A DNA stretch of 32,857 nt from an uncultured Methanospirillum sp. (GCA_964637135.1 CAZWTX010000007.1:62001-94857); one strand, 5' to 3'. Shown: positions 7,018-17,992, counted from the first letter of the stretch. The notes: a model not told the origin generated them from the sequence alone. Numbers and translations are program-made.

Positions 7018-9630
7018 ATGGCTACAAAAAAAGAATCAACCGTATTACCTCCGCTGCCCGATACGATGACCAGCAGAACCCGGCTACTCCGGCAAATCCT
7101 CTGGGATCGGGCACTTGAAAACCGAAAAGACGACTGGGTCGACAAGAATACTCTTCCGGATCTCTCAAAACCCCTCCCGGGTCAAACGAACCTGGAAGCA
7201 ATTATTGTCAGACGGGCCAGAGGAATTGCCGCGATGCTCAATGCATTAACCGATCCCAAACTCTCAGTGAAGACAAACTCGTTTAAAATTTTCCCGGGAG
7301 AACTTCTCGTAGGCATCCCCCCTATGGGTTCCAATGGTCTTGGAAAGATATTTCCGGAGTATCTCGATCATGAGGAGCGGCACATGGCCAGTATTGCAAA
7401 TCGTTCTGAACTCTCTGTGCTCGGCCATAATGTTGCCGATTACCAGAAACTGGTAACCCGGGGGATCGATTCGATCCTCGTTCACTGCGATACTGAGATC
7501 GCCAAGCTCCAGAAACAGATTCAAAATTCTCCTCAGAAATCGATGGGCCAGAGCAGTTATGACGATCTTCTGGACAAGAAGGACTTCTTTGAGGCGGTAA
7601 AAATCAGTTGTGAGGCGGTGGTCGAATACGCCAACCGTTACGCTGATCTGGCCGATCAGATGGCAAAATCAGAGCCAGACACACAGAGAAAAGTGGAACT
7701 GCTTGAAATTGCCAGAATCTGTCGTAAAGTCCCTCTAAAACCAGCCGAGACGTTTCAGGAAGCCCTTCAGAGTATCTTATTTCTCCATATCGGCCTTCGG
7801 GCCGGTATGGATCAGACCTCATTCGGGCGATTGGATCAGACACTTCAACCCTATCTGCAGAATACCGTCCGGCCGGGTGTCAAAGATCCGGTAAAGGCAG
7901 TTGAGCTGGTCGAGTGTTTCGTGATGAAAGCGGCTTCACCGCTCAATTTAACCACGGATCACCTGAATGATCAGGACCATGTCGACTATGGAATCAGCAT
8001 GGGCACTCAGGCCTGGTACGCAGATCAACGGGGAAATGTGAATCAGTTCCTGCAAAATGTTGTCGTCGGTGGAAAAGACCAGAAAGACCATGATGCAACC
8101 GTAGAGACTACCCATATCCTGATCCAGGCGTGGGCTAACGTCAATCTGCCAAGTCCTGGCCTCTATGTCCGGTTACACAAGAGCACTCCACAGGAACTGA
8201 TGGATCGGGTGGTATCCTCGATTACCCGGACCGGGATGATCCCCTGCCTCCTCAACGATGACATTATCATTCCCGGCCTGGTCAATGCCATGACCGAGGA
8301 CAAAACGGTGAAAAAACCCGAAGCCAGTAAAATGGCCTATGATTACTGTGTTGACGGGTGCTGGGAGCCGATTCTGAACGGTCAGTGCGACTGGACCTTC
8401 AATATGATTAACGGGCTTTTGATCCTCGAGTGTGCATTAAACGAAGGAGCCACGCTCGATTCAAACCCGATGTTACTCCGGGGCGGGAAGAGCAGTTACC
8501 GTACATCTCCGGTCCGGAACTCGAAAGACCTCAGGGATGCACTCAAGACCCAGATGGATTTTTTCGTCTTCAAATCTGCGGTTGCGATGTATAATTACTA
8601 CCTGCTTGATGAGTTTGTCATCCCTTCTCCCCTGCTGTCAGCATTCCTTGGCACCTGTCTTGACCGGGGGAGGGATAAATCCTGGGGCGGAACGAAGTAT
8701 ATCTTCGGGGGAACCCTCCTTTCCGGTCTCCCGAACATGGTGAATAGTATCGCAGCTCTCGAAAAATGGGTGTTTACGGCTAAAAAATACCAGATAAACG
8801 ATGTCCTGGGAGCATTCAGGTACAACTTCAAAGCCCCCGGTTCTGCCCCACAGATGCAGGCGGTGTATGCCAATATTCATTATGACTTCCTCTGCAACAG
8901 TCCGAAGTTTGGCAACAATGATCCTGCAACAAACAAAATAGCCAGGGACATCACCGATATCTTCGAGAAGTCTCTTATCGATGCAAAGAAGTTCGCCGAT
9001 AAAGTGTACCGGACTACTCCGGGTCATCCTGATGAAGCCAGGCATATCAGACGCTTACGGATGACTGCAGGGTATTACGGTCCCTCCTTGCAGGAACACA
9101 TGAGTACAGGAGACATCAATGTTTCATATGTCGCCGGTCTTGGAACGTTTGCAACCTATGCATTGATGGGCCTTGGAAGGGCTGCGTCTGCTGATCGTCT
9201 CGTAAACGAACCGCTTGCCATGAATAATACACCGCCACCCGGTACGGTCAGCGGTGGAGTCGGCCATATACTGGCTTCTTTCAATTCGTTGGGACTGGAA
9301 CGGTTTCCCGCCGGTGCCCCAGTCGACCTCTGCATCGAGGCGAAGACAGACACCTCTCATGGGCGGACAATGGCAGGTAAATTGATTAATGCAGCCATAT
9401 TGGATTTTCTGAAAAATAACGGGAGTATCCTGTCCATCACCCTCGGTGATACAGAACAGTACCGCAGGATTTACGAACTGGCAGTCAGGGCCAGTATGAA
9501 TGATCCACTGGCTGCCGAAGATCTGCTGAAATACGGCAATGTATGTGTTCGTGCAGGTGGCTGGCAGACCCCGTTCATCACGATGTCGCTTGCACAACAG
9601 GAGCATTATACTCATGCACCGATCACATGA
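7018..9630 (+). CDS. Glycyl radical enzyme (PFL-like superfamily, not PFL), substrate unknown
   Basis: 870 aa with GELLVG, P.KPAETFQEALQ, SFGRLDQ.L.PY, Cys loop DGC448WE450P, PKFGNND, and C-terminal Gly loop VR845AGG848W. Starts 27 nt downstream of the activase. Confidence 0.9.
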   Translation: MATKKESTVLPPLPDTMTSRTRLLRQILWDRALENRKDDWVDKNTLPDLSKPLPGQTNLEAIIVRRARGIAAMLNALTDPKLSVKTNSFKIFPGELLVGIPPMGSNGLGKIFPEYLDHEERHMASIANRSELSVLGHNVADYQKLVTRGIDSILVHCDTEIAKLQKQIQNSPQKSMGQSSYDDLLDKKDFFEAVKISCEAVVEYANRYADLADQMAKSEPDTQRKVELLEIARICRKVPLKPAETFQEALQSILFLHIGLRAGMDQTSFGRLDQTLQPYLQNTVRPGVKDPVKAVELVECFVMKAASPLNLTTDHLNDQDHVDYGISMGTQAWYADQRGNVNQFLQNVVVGGKDQKDHDATVETTHILIQAWANVNLPSPGLYVRLHKSTPQELMDRVVSSITRTGMIPCLLNDDIIIPGLVNAMTEDKTVKKPEASKMAYDYCVDGCWEPILNGQCDWTFNMINGLLILECALNEGATLDSNPMLLRGGKSSYRTSPVRNSKDLRDALKTQMDFFVFKSAVAMYNYYLLDEFVIPSPLLSAFLGTCLDRGRDKSWGGTKYIFGGTLLSGLPNMVNSIAALEKWVFTAKKYQINDVLGAFRYNFKAPGSAPQMQAVYANIHYDFLCNSPKFGNNDPATNKIARDITDIFEKSLIDAKKFADKVYRTTPGHPDEARHIRRLRMTAGYYGPSLQEHMSTGDINVSYVAGLGTFATYALMGLGRAASADRLVNEPLAMNNTPPPGTVSGGVGHILASFNSLGLERFPAGAPVDLCIEAKTDTSHGRTMAGKLINAAILDFLKNNGSILSITLGDTEQYRRIYELAVRASMNDPLAAEDLLKYGNVCVRAGGWQTPFITMSLAQQEHYTHAPIT

Positions 9631-9686
9631 AAAAAACGATGAACGATTGTATTCGAGCCGGATAATCAGAAATTGAAGGGATCGGA

Positions 9687-9710
9687 AGAAGAGGACAATC
9701 TCCTCTTCCC
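9687..9710. terminator. Hairpin downstream of the GRE operon
   Basis: gaagagga-caatc-tcctcttc inverted repeat about 60 nt after the stop. Function is inferred only. Confidence 0.3.
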
Positions 9711-9911
9711 GGAAACCCGATGATCAATCTTCACGGAGATACTATATCCGATACCCGATTTTGCATAATCTCTATCCAACAGAGAGAATCCCTCTCTCAG
9801 ACTCATCCGGAGTAAGAATCCCAGCCGGGATATCCGGATGAAATGCTCATCCCGGTATTCTTCCCGGAGGAGGATACAGATCAGGATGAACAGACAGATC
9901 TCCGCTGAAAT

Positions 9912-10226
9912 GGGTTAATCGCTATCCTCAGCAATTTCAAAAGTTAGATCTCTCGTAGAACGGCCTTTTGCTGTTATGAAAAGAATCTTTCACGCGGGTC
10001 ATGTTTTGGTAACAACAGTTGCCCGGGTTCATATCAAAAATCTCTTTTCCTGCTTCTCATACAACCTTTACCGGTTATTTAGCCTTTGTAAAACAAATTA
10101 GGATAGCGGTAGCTATCGTATTTGGATATAAAAGAGGAACAAAAAACAGCATTACTCAAGCATAATCGATCATAGCCTTTATCCGAGGTACTTTTTTTCT
10201 TTTGATATGGGTTAATCGCTATTCTC
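9912..10226 (+). mobile_element. IS5-family remnant: transposase C-terminus plus right end, preceded by a second copy of the same end
   Basis: 9931-10101 translates AISKVRSLVERPFAVMKRIFHAGHVLVTTVARVHIKNLFSCFSYNLYRLFSLCKTN* (R...ER.F helix with the third DDE residue, YNL). A gatagc-ggta-gctatc palindrome follows the stop. gggttaatcgctat(c/t)ctc occurs at 9912-9929 and 10209-10226. Confidence 0.85.
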
Positions 10227-10731
10227 TTGAGGCTAAATAAGTACCATAATAATGAAAATCCTTGTACTTTTTTCCTCCAACGAGGCAGATTAATTCCATC
10301 AGGAAAGTCCACAGATCTCCGTTCATCTGTTGATTTAGGAGAAGACCTTCTCAGTTGTTATGAAGAGATTTCTGCGATTTATACGTACGTCATTGAAAAA
10401 AAAGACGATGATTCATTAAAATTAATGATGTTAAAAATTTTAACAGGATGAATTTTTTTTTCTCTCTTGAGTCTGGATGGATATACTAATCAAAAATTGA
10501 ATTGAAATTTTTTAAATTAATATTTTACTATAAATATAAAAACAAAAATGGTCCATATCATCCGGATGAAATGAAGATACAATTATTGAAGGTATTGTTT
10601 ATCATAAATTTCATTGCGAATATACAGATTCATCCCATTCAGTCCGAATATCAACTATAATCAAGAAAATCCCCGGATAAACGGGCATATTAGATAGAGA
10701 TATATATCAGGCTGCCGAATAAAATGGTTCC

Positions 10732-12156
10732 ATGATATCCATCACCTCCAATCACCTCCAGTATCGCCTTCTTCTTGTGGCAGTCGCCATCGGGATGTTC
10801 CTTGACGGGCTTGACGGTTCGATCGTGATGATCATCCTTCCCGGCATAGCAGAATCATTCGGCACCGATACCGGGACGGCTTCCTGGGTCATCATCACCT
10901 ATCTCCTCATGATAGCAGGACTCATCCTCATCGTTGGAAAAACCGCCGAACGGGGCCATACGAAGAAGATATTTCTCTGCGGTCTCTGTGTATTCACCCT
11001 TGGATCTGCTGCATGCGGATTCTCTCCCGACCTGCAGACCCTGCTTGCATCACGGGTTCTCCAGGGGGCCGGGGCTGCCATGATTGCGGCAACTGCATCG
11101 CTGCTCTGTGTAACCTACCTCCCGAAAGACATGCTCGGGATGGCGCTCGGGACCATATCCATGTCAGTATCGGTGGGGGTTGCCGCTGGTCCGGCCATTG
11201 GCGGATTCATCGCCGAGTACCTCTCCTGGCACTGGGCCTTCCTGATCAATGTCCCGATCGGACTGCTCATCCTGCCATTCGCAATGCATGCCATTCCGCC
11301 GGACACCCCCCGTGAAAAACTGCCATTTGATGGCATCGGGGCAGTTCTTCTCTTCGGAATGATGGGATCAGGAGTATACCTCCTCGAACGGATTCCCCAC
11401 CAGGGATTGAGTAATATCTCAATTCTTCTCTCCGCGGGTCTGTGTATCTTCTGCCTGATGGCATTTGTCATCCGCGAACAGACGTTCAAAGCCCCCCTTA
11501 TGAACCTCCGCATATTTACATCGGGGAGATTTACTGCGACACTTGGTGCCTTTCTCCTATTCGGATGCGTTTATATGGGTGTCCTCTATCTCCTCCCGTT
11601 CTTTCTTCAGGCAGGAATGGCGCTTGATCCTGCCATGAGCGGATTGTATCTCCTTATCCCGCCGGTCCTCACCGCGATCATCGGCATCCCCATGGGGCGA
11701 TGGTCAGATCGAATCGGGAGAAGACCGTTTGCCATTGCAGCGGCCCTCTCCGTGATCCTGGCTACCGGCATCCTCATGGTAATCCTCCCTGACACTGCGA
11801 TGGTTCCCCTTCTTGTCGCTCTTATCTCCCTTGGAATCTTCTGGGGATGTGCCGGGGGGCCGGTCGCCAGCCGGGTGGTGGAGACTGCTCCGGCTGGAGA
11901 AGAAGGCACCGGGTCAGCGTTGATGGTTACAGTAATCTACCTCGGAAGCGTGCTTGGTACCGCCCTGTTTGCCACGGTTTTTACCCTGGGAACCGCAGGC
12001 GAAGGCATCGTTGCCTTCAGCGGGATGGATCAGGCTGCATTCATGCACGGGTTTCATCTCGCCATGGCAGCTGGTTTGCTGCTCTCCTGTATGGCCCTTA
12101 TCGCATCAGCACTCGTGCGGGAGCAGGATAACGGGACGGTCCAAAAAGAGGAATAA
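10732..12156 (+). CDS. MFS transporter, DHA2 (EmrB/QacA-like) efflux family
   Basis: About 14 hydrophobic segments, LDGSIV...LP.IA..F, SRVLQGAGAA, GPAIGG, W.W.FLINVPIG and GRWSDRIGRR. Confidence 0.92.
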   Translation: MISITSNHLQYRLLLVAVAIGMFLDGLDGSIVMIILPGIAESFGTDTGTASWVIITYLLMIAGLILIVGKTAERGHTKKIFLCGLCVFTLGSAACGFSPDLQTLLASRVLQGAGAAMIAATASLLCVTYLPKDMLGMALGTISMSVSVGVAAGPAIGGFIAEYLSWHWAFLINVPIGLLILPFAMHAIPPDTPREKLPFDGIGAVLLFGMMGSGVYLLERIPHQGLSNISILLSAGLCIFCLMAFVIREQTFKAPLMNLRIFTSGRFTATLGAFLLFGCVYMGVLYLLPFFLQAGMALDPAMSGLYLLIPPVLTAIIGIPMGRWSDRIGRRPFAIAAALSVILATGILMVILPDTAMVPLLVALISLGIFWGCAGGPVASRVVETAPAGEEGTGSALMVTVIYLGSVLGTALFATVFTLGTAGEGIVAFSGMDQAAFMHGFHLAMAAGLLLSCMALIASALVREQDNGTVQKEE

Positions 12157-12294
12157 AACGTCCCGTGATCTGATAGGGGATCAGGCATTTCATACCCAAA
12201 CTCTTCATTTCCCGGTCGGGAAAGTCGCCGGAAACCCAGGTTGAAACGAACATCATCCGGCCCGGATTCAGATTGTGCAGATGACCATCGGTGT

Positions 12295-13467
12295 TCATGT
12301 CCGGGATCGTTTCCGGCTTTCCTCGATCTCCTTGCCAAGGATGCTGATCTCCTTGAACCGTTTCTTTTCGAACTGCTTGAGCCCGATGATTGCCTTTTGA
12401 TGCTCGAATGCCAGTTCCCTGAGGAGTTTCTGGTATCGTTCGAGGCGTTCAGGCCGGAGAATGCCATCGGCTATAGCCTTCCGGACGGCACACCCCGGCT
12501 CTGTGGTATGCGAACAATCTGAAAACCGGCATTGCACGGCAAATTCCTGAATGTCCCCGAATGACTCTGCAACATGTTCTTCGGCGGTCCAGATCCTGAT
12601 CTCGCGAAGACCAGGGGTATCAATGAGAGCGGTTCCATCTGCAAGGATGGAGAGATGGCGGGTTGTTGTCGTGTGTCTGCCTCTTCCGTCGTCTTCCCGG
12701 GTTGCTCCTGTTTTCCGGAGATCGCTTCCCGATAGTGCATTCATCAGGGTAGATTTCCCAACGCCCGATGATCCCAGGAATACGATTGTTTTCCCGTTCC
12801 CAAGGTACGGCGTAAGTTCTCCAAGACCGGTTTTTTGCATCGCACTCACGGCAATGACCGGGATATCCCCAAGCTCTTCGCCGATCTGCCTGACCCGTGA
12901 TTCACTATCACCTTGGATATCAGTTTTATTGAGGATGATGACGGGTTGTGCACGGGCACTCCTGACGATCAGGAGGTATCGTTCAAATCGTGCAATATTG
13001 AAATCATTCGCGGGATCGGTGACGATAAACGCGGTATCGATATTCGCTGCAAGGTGCTGTTCCCCCCCGGATTCTCCTGCTTCTCCCTGGGAAAGCGTGG
13101 TCATTCTCGGGAGAACGGCTACGATCATCGATGTGGCCTGTTCCGGCTGGTGAAGGATGACGACAAAATCGCCGACGACCGGAAATTCCTTTTTTGCGAT
13201 TAATGCCCCGGATATGGGGAGGGTCATCGTCCCGTCCGGGATCAGAACTTCATACCGTGTTTTATGCACGGTAGAAACTCTCCCGGGAATGTAGGGGCCC
13301 TCATATCTGAGGAAGAGATCCTGCCAGTGCTGGTTCCATCCAATCTGATCGAGGGTATGGGGAGATGATACTGAAAATTTATCATGATAAGAAGGGTTGG
13401 AGAGGGAGTAATAACTGATTTGTATCAATTGCAGCGAATGATGCCCCTTTAATTGTTTCCTTAACAA
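12295..13467 (-). CDS. rsgA: RsgA-family circularly permuted GTPase, copy 1; probably frameshifted just after its true ATG (13385)
   Basis: OB-fold PVVGDFV, G4 NKTD, G5 VSA, G1 GSSGVGKS, G2 GRHTTT, G3 DTPG and Zn motif CRFSDCSH..EPGC. The ATG homologous to copy 2 is 1 nt out of frame. Confidence 0.88.
   Translation of the reverse strand: MLRKQLKGHHSLQLIQISYYSLSNPSYHDKFSVSSPHTLDQIGWNQHWQDLFLRYEGPYIPGRVSTVHKTRYEVLIPDGTMTLPISGALIAKKEFPVVGDFVVILHQPEQATSMIVAVLPRMTTLSQGEAGESGGEQHLAANIDTAFIVTDPANDFNIARFERYLLIVRSARAQPVIILNKTDIQGDSESRVRQIGEELGDIPVIAVSAMQKTGLGELTPYLGNGKTIVFLGSSGVGKSTLMNALSGSDLRKTGATREDDGRGRHTTTTRHLSILADGTALIDTPGLREIRIWTAEEHVAESFGDIQEFAVQCRFSDCSHTTEPGCAVRKAIADGILRPERLERYQKLLRELAFEHQKAIIGLKQFEKKRFKEISILGKEIEESRKRSRT
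13409..13423 (-). promoter_or_regulatory. Conserved upstream element of rsgA copy 1 (candidate BRE/TATA)
   Basis: taataactgatttgt is identical at 13409-13423 and 19373-19387, each 23 nt upstream of the homologous ATG. Confidence 0.5.
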
Positions 13468-13579
13468 AATTCGTAGATCTTACCGACCCCTGGATTGTAT
13501 TCACACAGTGAGCCGGAGAGGGGTGGTTTTGGAAACGCGTGATTCTTTCATCCGGGAATCCGGATACAAAAAAGGGAAT

Positions 13580-15151
13580 TCAGGAGGCAATCACATAAGA
13601 GCGGTCTGCATATGTCTTCTGCCTGATGAACCGGGAACCACCTGTTGAAGATCCGGTTGTGGTCACCGGTTCATCCCCCTGGGAAGCCATACTGTCCCAG
13701 TTCATCGGGGTTCCTCGTGATGCGTCGGCATAAAAGAGGCTCTGCATGGAAGATGCCGGATTCTGACCGGGGCTGATCTGATGTTGGACATATCCTTTCA
13801 GGGATACCGGTTTTTTACCGGTCTCATCTCCGATCACGAGGTTTCCATCGGTTCTTACATTCCCGTTTACGTTAAAAGCATTCCGGTTGATATGCGGGGA
13901 AGTGATATCATAATTTCCGGAGAATGAAAGGGTCTGATCGCGGGTAGTAAGGATATCCTCACCTGAATAGAGAGAACTTCCCTGTTCCGGATTGACCGGA
14001 GAGGAGCCTGTTTCCTGATTATCTGACAGGTACCTGTTATCTTCATCCTGATAGTAGATACGCCGTAATCCTTGCGTACCTGATGAGAAATCGTACCTCA
14101 CAGCCAGTTGGGACTCCTCACCCGAGTATCTGCCAGTCCCATAGTACCACATATCAGAAATTTCTTCTCCCTCTATCTGGTGCTCTGAAATATCTGAATT
14201 TTTTTCATTTTGGGTTATGGTAAATAAGGAACCGGCCGCTGCCTCCATCCCGGTTACATATTGAAAGGAGAACGCTTCTGTTGGCAGTTTGTACGCATTT
14301 CCAAACCGGACATCAAGAACGCCTCTATTGAGGTCCATCCAACTTACAGTCATCGGGTTATCAGTTACTCCTGAACTCTGAACCCGTCCAGATGTGGTAT
14401 TCCGGATGAAATATGAGAGGATATCAGTACTTTCTTCCGGTGTTATATCCTCCGGTGAAGATGATATCAGATCGGGGAGATCATCTGATATTTCATCTCC
14501 GATTTGAACAGGAAGGGATGATGCCATGGTATCCCCGTCAAGGGATCCAAATGAGATCTGGCCGTCAGGTTCTGCGGTATCAATTATCCTGATTTGGGCT
14601 CCAGTTAAGGAATCAACCAGGCTGAGACTCACCGGGTACCGGTCACCCGTATCTATATCAGTACTGAATCCGGACTGGAGATACATGTTTCCGGTGATCT
14701 TTTTCGTTTCAGAATAACCCCTCCCCATTGCCAGCGATTGAGCGATATCCCCGTCATTGCGACATGCCACCGATCTCACATTCAACCGCTCGGCATTCTC
14801 GACTTCCACGGTAACTGCAGTCGCGATATTTCCGGTGGTCTGGTTTTGAAACTGATACCGCCAGACCGTCTCATCGGTCCCGATGATTTCAAGGGTTGAG
14901 ACGGTGACATCCCCGTATTCATCGGTCACCCGGATTTCGTCTGACACACTCCCGATTCCTGAGATCATTCCGGAGTCATCCGACACATCGATCTCTGCTC
15001 TGACCGTTTCAATCGCATCAGGAGCATTTATTTCGGAGAGCGTAAACGTCTTCGGATCAAAGGAAGAGAGATTATCCGGTATAGCCGCAGAACAAAACCC
15101 CACCACCGTAATGAGGAGAAGTATGCTGAGAATTATTTTCCCCCAAATCAT
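13580..15151 (-). CDS. Secreted hypothetical protein, acidic and Ser/Thr/Gly-rich
   Basis: 523-aa ORF with signal peptide (MIWGKIILSILLLITVVGFCSA). No family recognised. Confidence 0.8.
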   Translation of the reverse strand: MIWGKIILSILLLITVVGFCSAAIPDNLSSFDPKTFTLSEINAPDAIETVRAEIDVSDDSGMISGIGSVSDEIRVTDEYGDVTVSTLEIIGTDETVWRYQFQNQTTGNIATAVTVEVENAERLNVRSVACRNDGDIAQSLAMGRGYSETKKITGNMYLQSGFSTDIDTGDRYPVSLSLVDSLTGAQIRIIDTAEPDGQISFGSLDGDTMASSLPVQIGDEISDDLPDLISSSPEDITPEESTDILSYFIRNTTSGRVQSSGVTDNPMTVSWMDLNRGVLDVRFGNAYKLPTEAFSFQYVTGMEAAAGSLFTITQNEKNSDISEHQIEGEEISDMWYYGTGRYSGEESQLAVRYDFSSGTQGLRRIYYQDEDNRYLSDNQETGSSPVNPEQGSSLYSGEDILTTRDQTLSFSGNYDITSPHINRNAFNVNGNVRTDGNLVIGDETGKKPVSLKGYVQHQISPGQNPASSMQSLFYADASRGTPMNWDSMASQGDEPVTTTGSSTGGSRFIRQKTYADRSYVIAS

Positions 15152-15535
15152 AGAATAAAATATTCTCTTAAAAATATAATGGTATGTTTATAGCTAGACT
15201 AATCAGGGATAAAGAAATGAAGTAAATGTTCGATGAAATCTCTTTCCCGGATTTTTACCATTCTTCAACAATTCTCATAACAATTATTTCTCATCTCCGA
15301 TTATTTCATATTAATTCCCTTATTGGGGCGATTTATCCTTAAAACACATTATCTCCTCGTTTATCATGTTTCTCCATGAAATGGATGAAAGGTCTTTCAG
15401 GTGAATTTCAGGTCTGTACCTGGAAAAAATGGATAGATCGCCGGTTTTTTCTGATGGTATGGAGTGATAATCAGAAGTGCCTATAAATAAGAATCATTCA
15501 GGGCAGATAATCCTTATATCCGGGATCAGTTCATT

Positions 15536-17992
15536 TCATGTCCTGATATGAGCAACTTGTTGTGAGATCTCCCCGACTGATACGGCTACATCGGCGACCA
15601 CCTGGTTGATCTTGCTCATAGCCGATGAAGTCTCCTGCGAAGCGGAAGCGACCGATCCAGTCTCTTCGGTGATGTGATGGGTAATATCACTAACCTCCTG
15701 CATACTGGCGGTAATCTCCTCCACCGAGGCTGCCTGCTCTTCGGTGGCCGAAGCTACTTCGGTGATATGATGATTAATCTCCTCGATTGCTCCGGCAATC
15801 TTTGTAAAAGCATTCAGAGTCTCACCAAGCGAAGCACTCCCTTCCTGGACAACCTGGTTTGACTGTGACATTGCCACCGTAGCCGATTCTGCACGGGTTT
15901 TCAGGGCAGTGATCAGATCAGATATTTTTTCCGCGGAATTCTTGGAATCCTGGGCCAGAGATTTTACTTCCGAGGCTACTACTGCAAATCCCCTTCCTGC
16001 CTCACCGGCACGGGCAGCCTCGATAGCGGCATTGAGGGCGAGGAGGTTGGTCTGGTTGGCAATATCGGTGATTAATTTCACGATCATCCCAATCTGATTC
16101 ATTTCATCATTAATTCCGGCAATGATCGAACCTACCTGCTCTGATGACTTCTTGATATCGGTCATTGACTGTTCAGAGGCCTCTGCAAGTGTTATACCGT
16201 TTTTCGCAAAATTATTTGCATCATGAGAGAGGGATGCAACCGAATCAGCCTTTGATGACACTGCACTCACCACGGTGATGAGATCATTCATTGCGTTAAG
16301 GATCTGAACAATACTGTTGTCTCCGTTTTTCAGGTCTGAACTGACAACCTGCATACTGGAAGTGATCTCTGTGGTAGAGGATGTGATCTCCTCGATGGAT
16401 GCGTTTGCATCCTCGGTATTCTTCATGAGATCGTCCAGTTTCCCGGTGATCTGTCGTATTATTGATGAGACCTCAACCCCGATCGTATCAAGAGCATCAC
16501 GGAAGGCAATCCAGTCTCCTTTCACGGCATATTCACGGGAGAACCGTGCATCAAAGGAATATCCGGCATATTCATGGGAGACCCGCATTGCTTCCCTGAG
16601 GGGGATAACAATACTGTCCAGGGTCTGGTTGAGCCCTTCAATGATCCGGCGGTACTCGCCGGTATGGTTTCCCGGGTCTGCCCGGAAAGCCAGATTCCCG
16701 ATTGATGCTGCCTCTGAAAACGCTATTGAATCATGAACCAGCCGCTCAATGGCCGAACGGGTCACCTCCAGTGATTTGTTGATACTGACAAACTGTTGTT
16801 CTGCAGAACGGGTATACTCGTCAGCCGGAAGAACCGCAGGGGAGAAATTCGTTTCCCCCCGGGCAAGATCTCCGATATGTTCCTCGAGGACCTTTACTGA
16901 TTGATCGAGGTAATCAACAAGACGGTGAACCGGGGTCACATCGATGTACTGGGCGATGATTCGGGTGATTGCCCCGTCAGTATCCGGGAGCGGAATATAG
17001 CAATACTCGAGGATCTTTTGATCATACCCGAAATCCACCGTCAGTTTCCCTGTCGACGGTTTCTTTGACTGGATCGCTTCCTGCAGGGATCCCCCGCTTC
17101 GGGAGAGAATTGAGAATTCCTTGATATTAAGTGAGGAGAGGGCTTCCGGAGTAAGATGGGATATTGCAGCAAAGGCAGGGTTAGACGAGAGAACCTTCCC
17201 GGAGAGATCGACAATCAGGATTGATGCCGGGGAATGGGTGATCAGAGTCTCCGATTCGGTGAGTTTATTCACGAGGCCGGTCTGGTCAACCATGATGTAA
17301 TAGACCTGAAGGATCTCCCCGAGATGGTCGACGACCGGGACGTACGAGTAATCGATATGCCTGATACCTGATGCAAACCTACAGATCATCTTTCCCTGTA
17401 GGGTTTTTCCGGTTTGAAATGCTTCCCGGATAGATTTACCATCCTGTTCGAGAACCTGGTGATCCTCCAGGCGCTGATGATCCGCCTGTTCCTTCGTATA
17501 CCCGGTGACCGCAAGATATGCCTGGTTGTACGAAGTGATCGAGAGATCTGGCGCAACGGTCAGGATCGGGAATGGTGCATCCCGGATCAGTGCTGACATC
17601 GCATTTTTCTGCCTGACCTGACCGGTCAAGTCAATCACCGATGCCATCAGCGAGGGCTGTCCCTCGTACTGGATCAGGTCCAGGGTCACCTCCGCCGGGA
17701 ATATCTCACCCGTTGCTTTCAGGTGTTCCCAGGCAAACACCACCGTTTTTCCGGTGAACGCCTGTTTGATCATCTCCATGGAGGCCTCACCCGAATTGTG
17801 TCCGCTGGATTGTACCCGGGGAGAGAGAATCCCGGGAGGCTGACCGATAACCTGATCCGGCGAGCCATACCCGAACATCTCCACCGTTTTCTGATTGCAG
17901 TCAATGAAGGTCCCTTCAGGCCCCACAACCTGAATCGCTACCGGGGCTTTATCCATCATCTCCCGGAGCGTATTGGTATCCTGAGTTCGCAT
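15536..17992 (-). CDS. Soluble methyl-accepting chemotaxis protein with three PAS domains
   Basis: Three PAS-like repeats (AP..I..V..., N..F/Y....G), HAMP-like segments and the hairpin tip [34 protein letters not shown]. No TM helix. Confidence 0.95.
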   Translation of the reverse strand: MRTQDTNTLREMMDKAPVAIQVVGPEGTFIDCNQKTVEMFGYGSPDQVIGQPPGILSPRVQSSGHNSGEASMEMIKQAFTGKTVVFAWEHLKATGEIFPAEVTLDLIQYEGQPSLMASVIDLTGQVRQKNAMSALIRDAPFPILTVAPDLSITSYNQAYLAVTGYTKEQADHQRLEDHQVLEQDGKSIREAFQTGKTLQGKMICRFASGIRHIDYSYVPVVDHLGEILQVYYIMVDQTGLVNKLTESETLITHSPASILIVDLSGKVLSSNPAFAAISHLTPEALSSLNIKEFSILSRSGGSLQEAIQSKKPSTGKLTVDFGYDQKILEYCYIPLPDTDGAITRIIAQYIDVTPVHRLVDYLDQSVKVLEEHIGDLARGETNFSPAVLPADEYTRSAEQQFVSINKSLEVTRSAIERLVHDSIAFSEAASIGNLAFRADPGNHTGEYRRIIEGLNQTLDSIVIPLREAMRVSHEYAGYSFDARFSREYAVKGDWIAFRDALDTIGVEVSSIIRQITGKLDDLMKNTEDANASIEEITSSTTEITSSMQVVSSDLKNGDNSIVQILNAMNDLITVVSAVSSKADSVASLSHDANNFAKNGITLAEASEQSMTDIKKSSEQVGSIIAGINDEMNQIGMIVKLITDIANQTNLLALNAAIEAARAGEAGRGFAVVASEVKSLAQDSKNSAEKISDLITALKTRAESATVAMSQSNQVVQEGSASLGETLNAFTKIAGAIEEINHHITEVASATEEQAASVEEITASMQEVSDITHHITEETGSVASASQETSSAMSKINQVVADVAVSVGEISQQVAHIRT

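Noticed and set aside
7018..9630. Calling the GRE pyruvate formate-lyase (pflB), CutC, alkylsuccinate synthase or NrdD
   Set aside because: It lacks the PFL Cys-Cys pair, small subunit genes and NrdD features. The motifs do not justify any specific gene symbol.
10079..10451. ORFs 10079..10312 (-) and 10227..10451 (+)
   Set aside because: They overlap or abut the IS end in AT-rich DNA and show no family signal.
12241..13203. Plus-strand ORFs opposite rsgA copy 1 with look-alikes opposite copy 2 (18237-19257)
   Set aside because: They are antisense shadows whose similarity simply mirrors the rsgA duplication.
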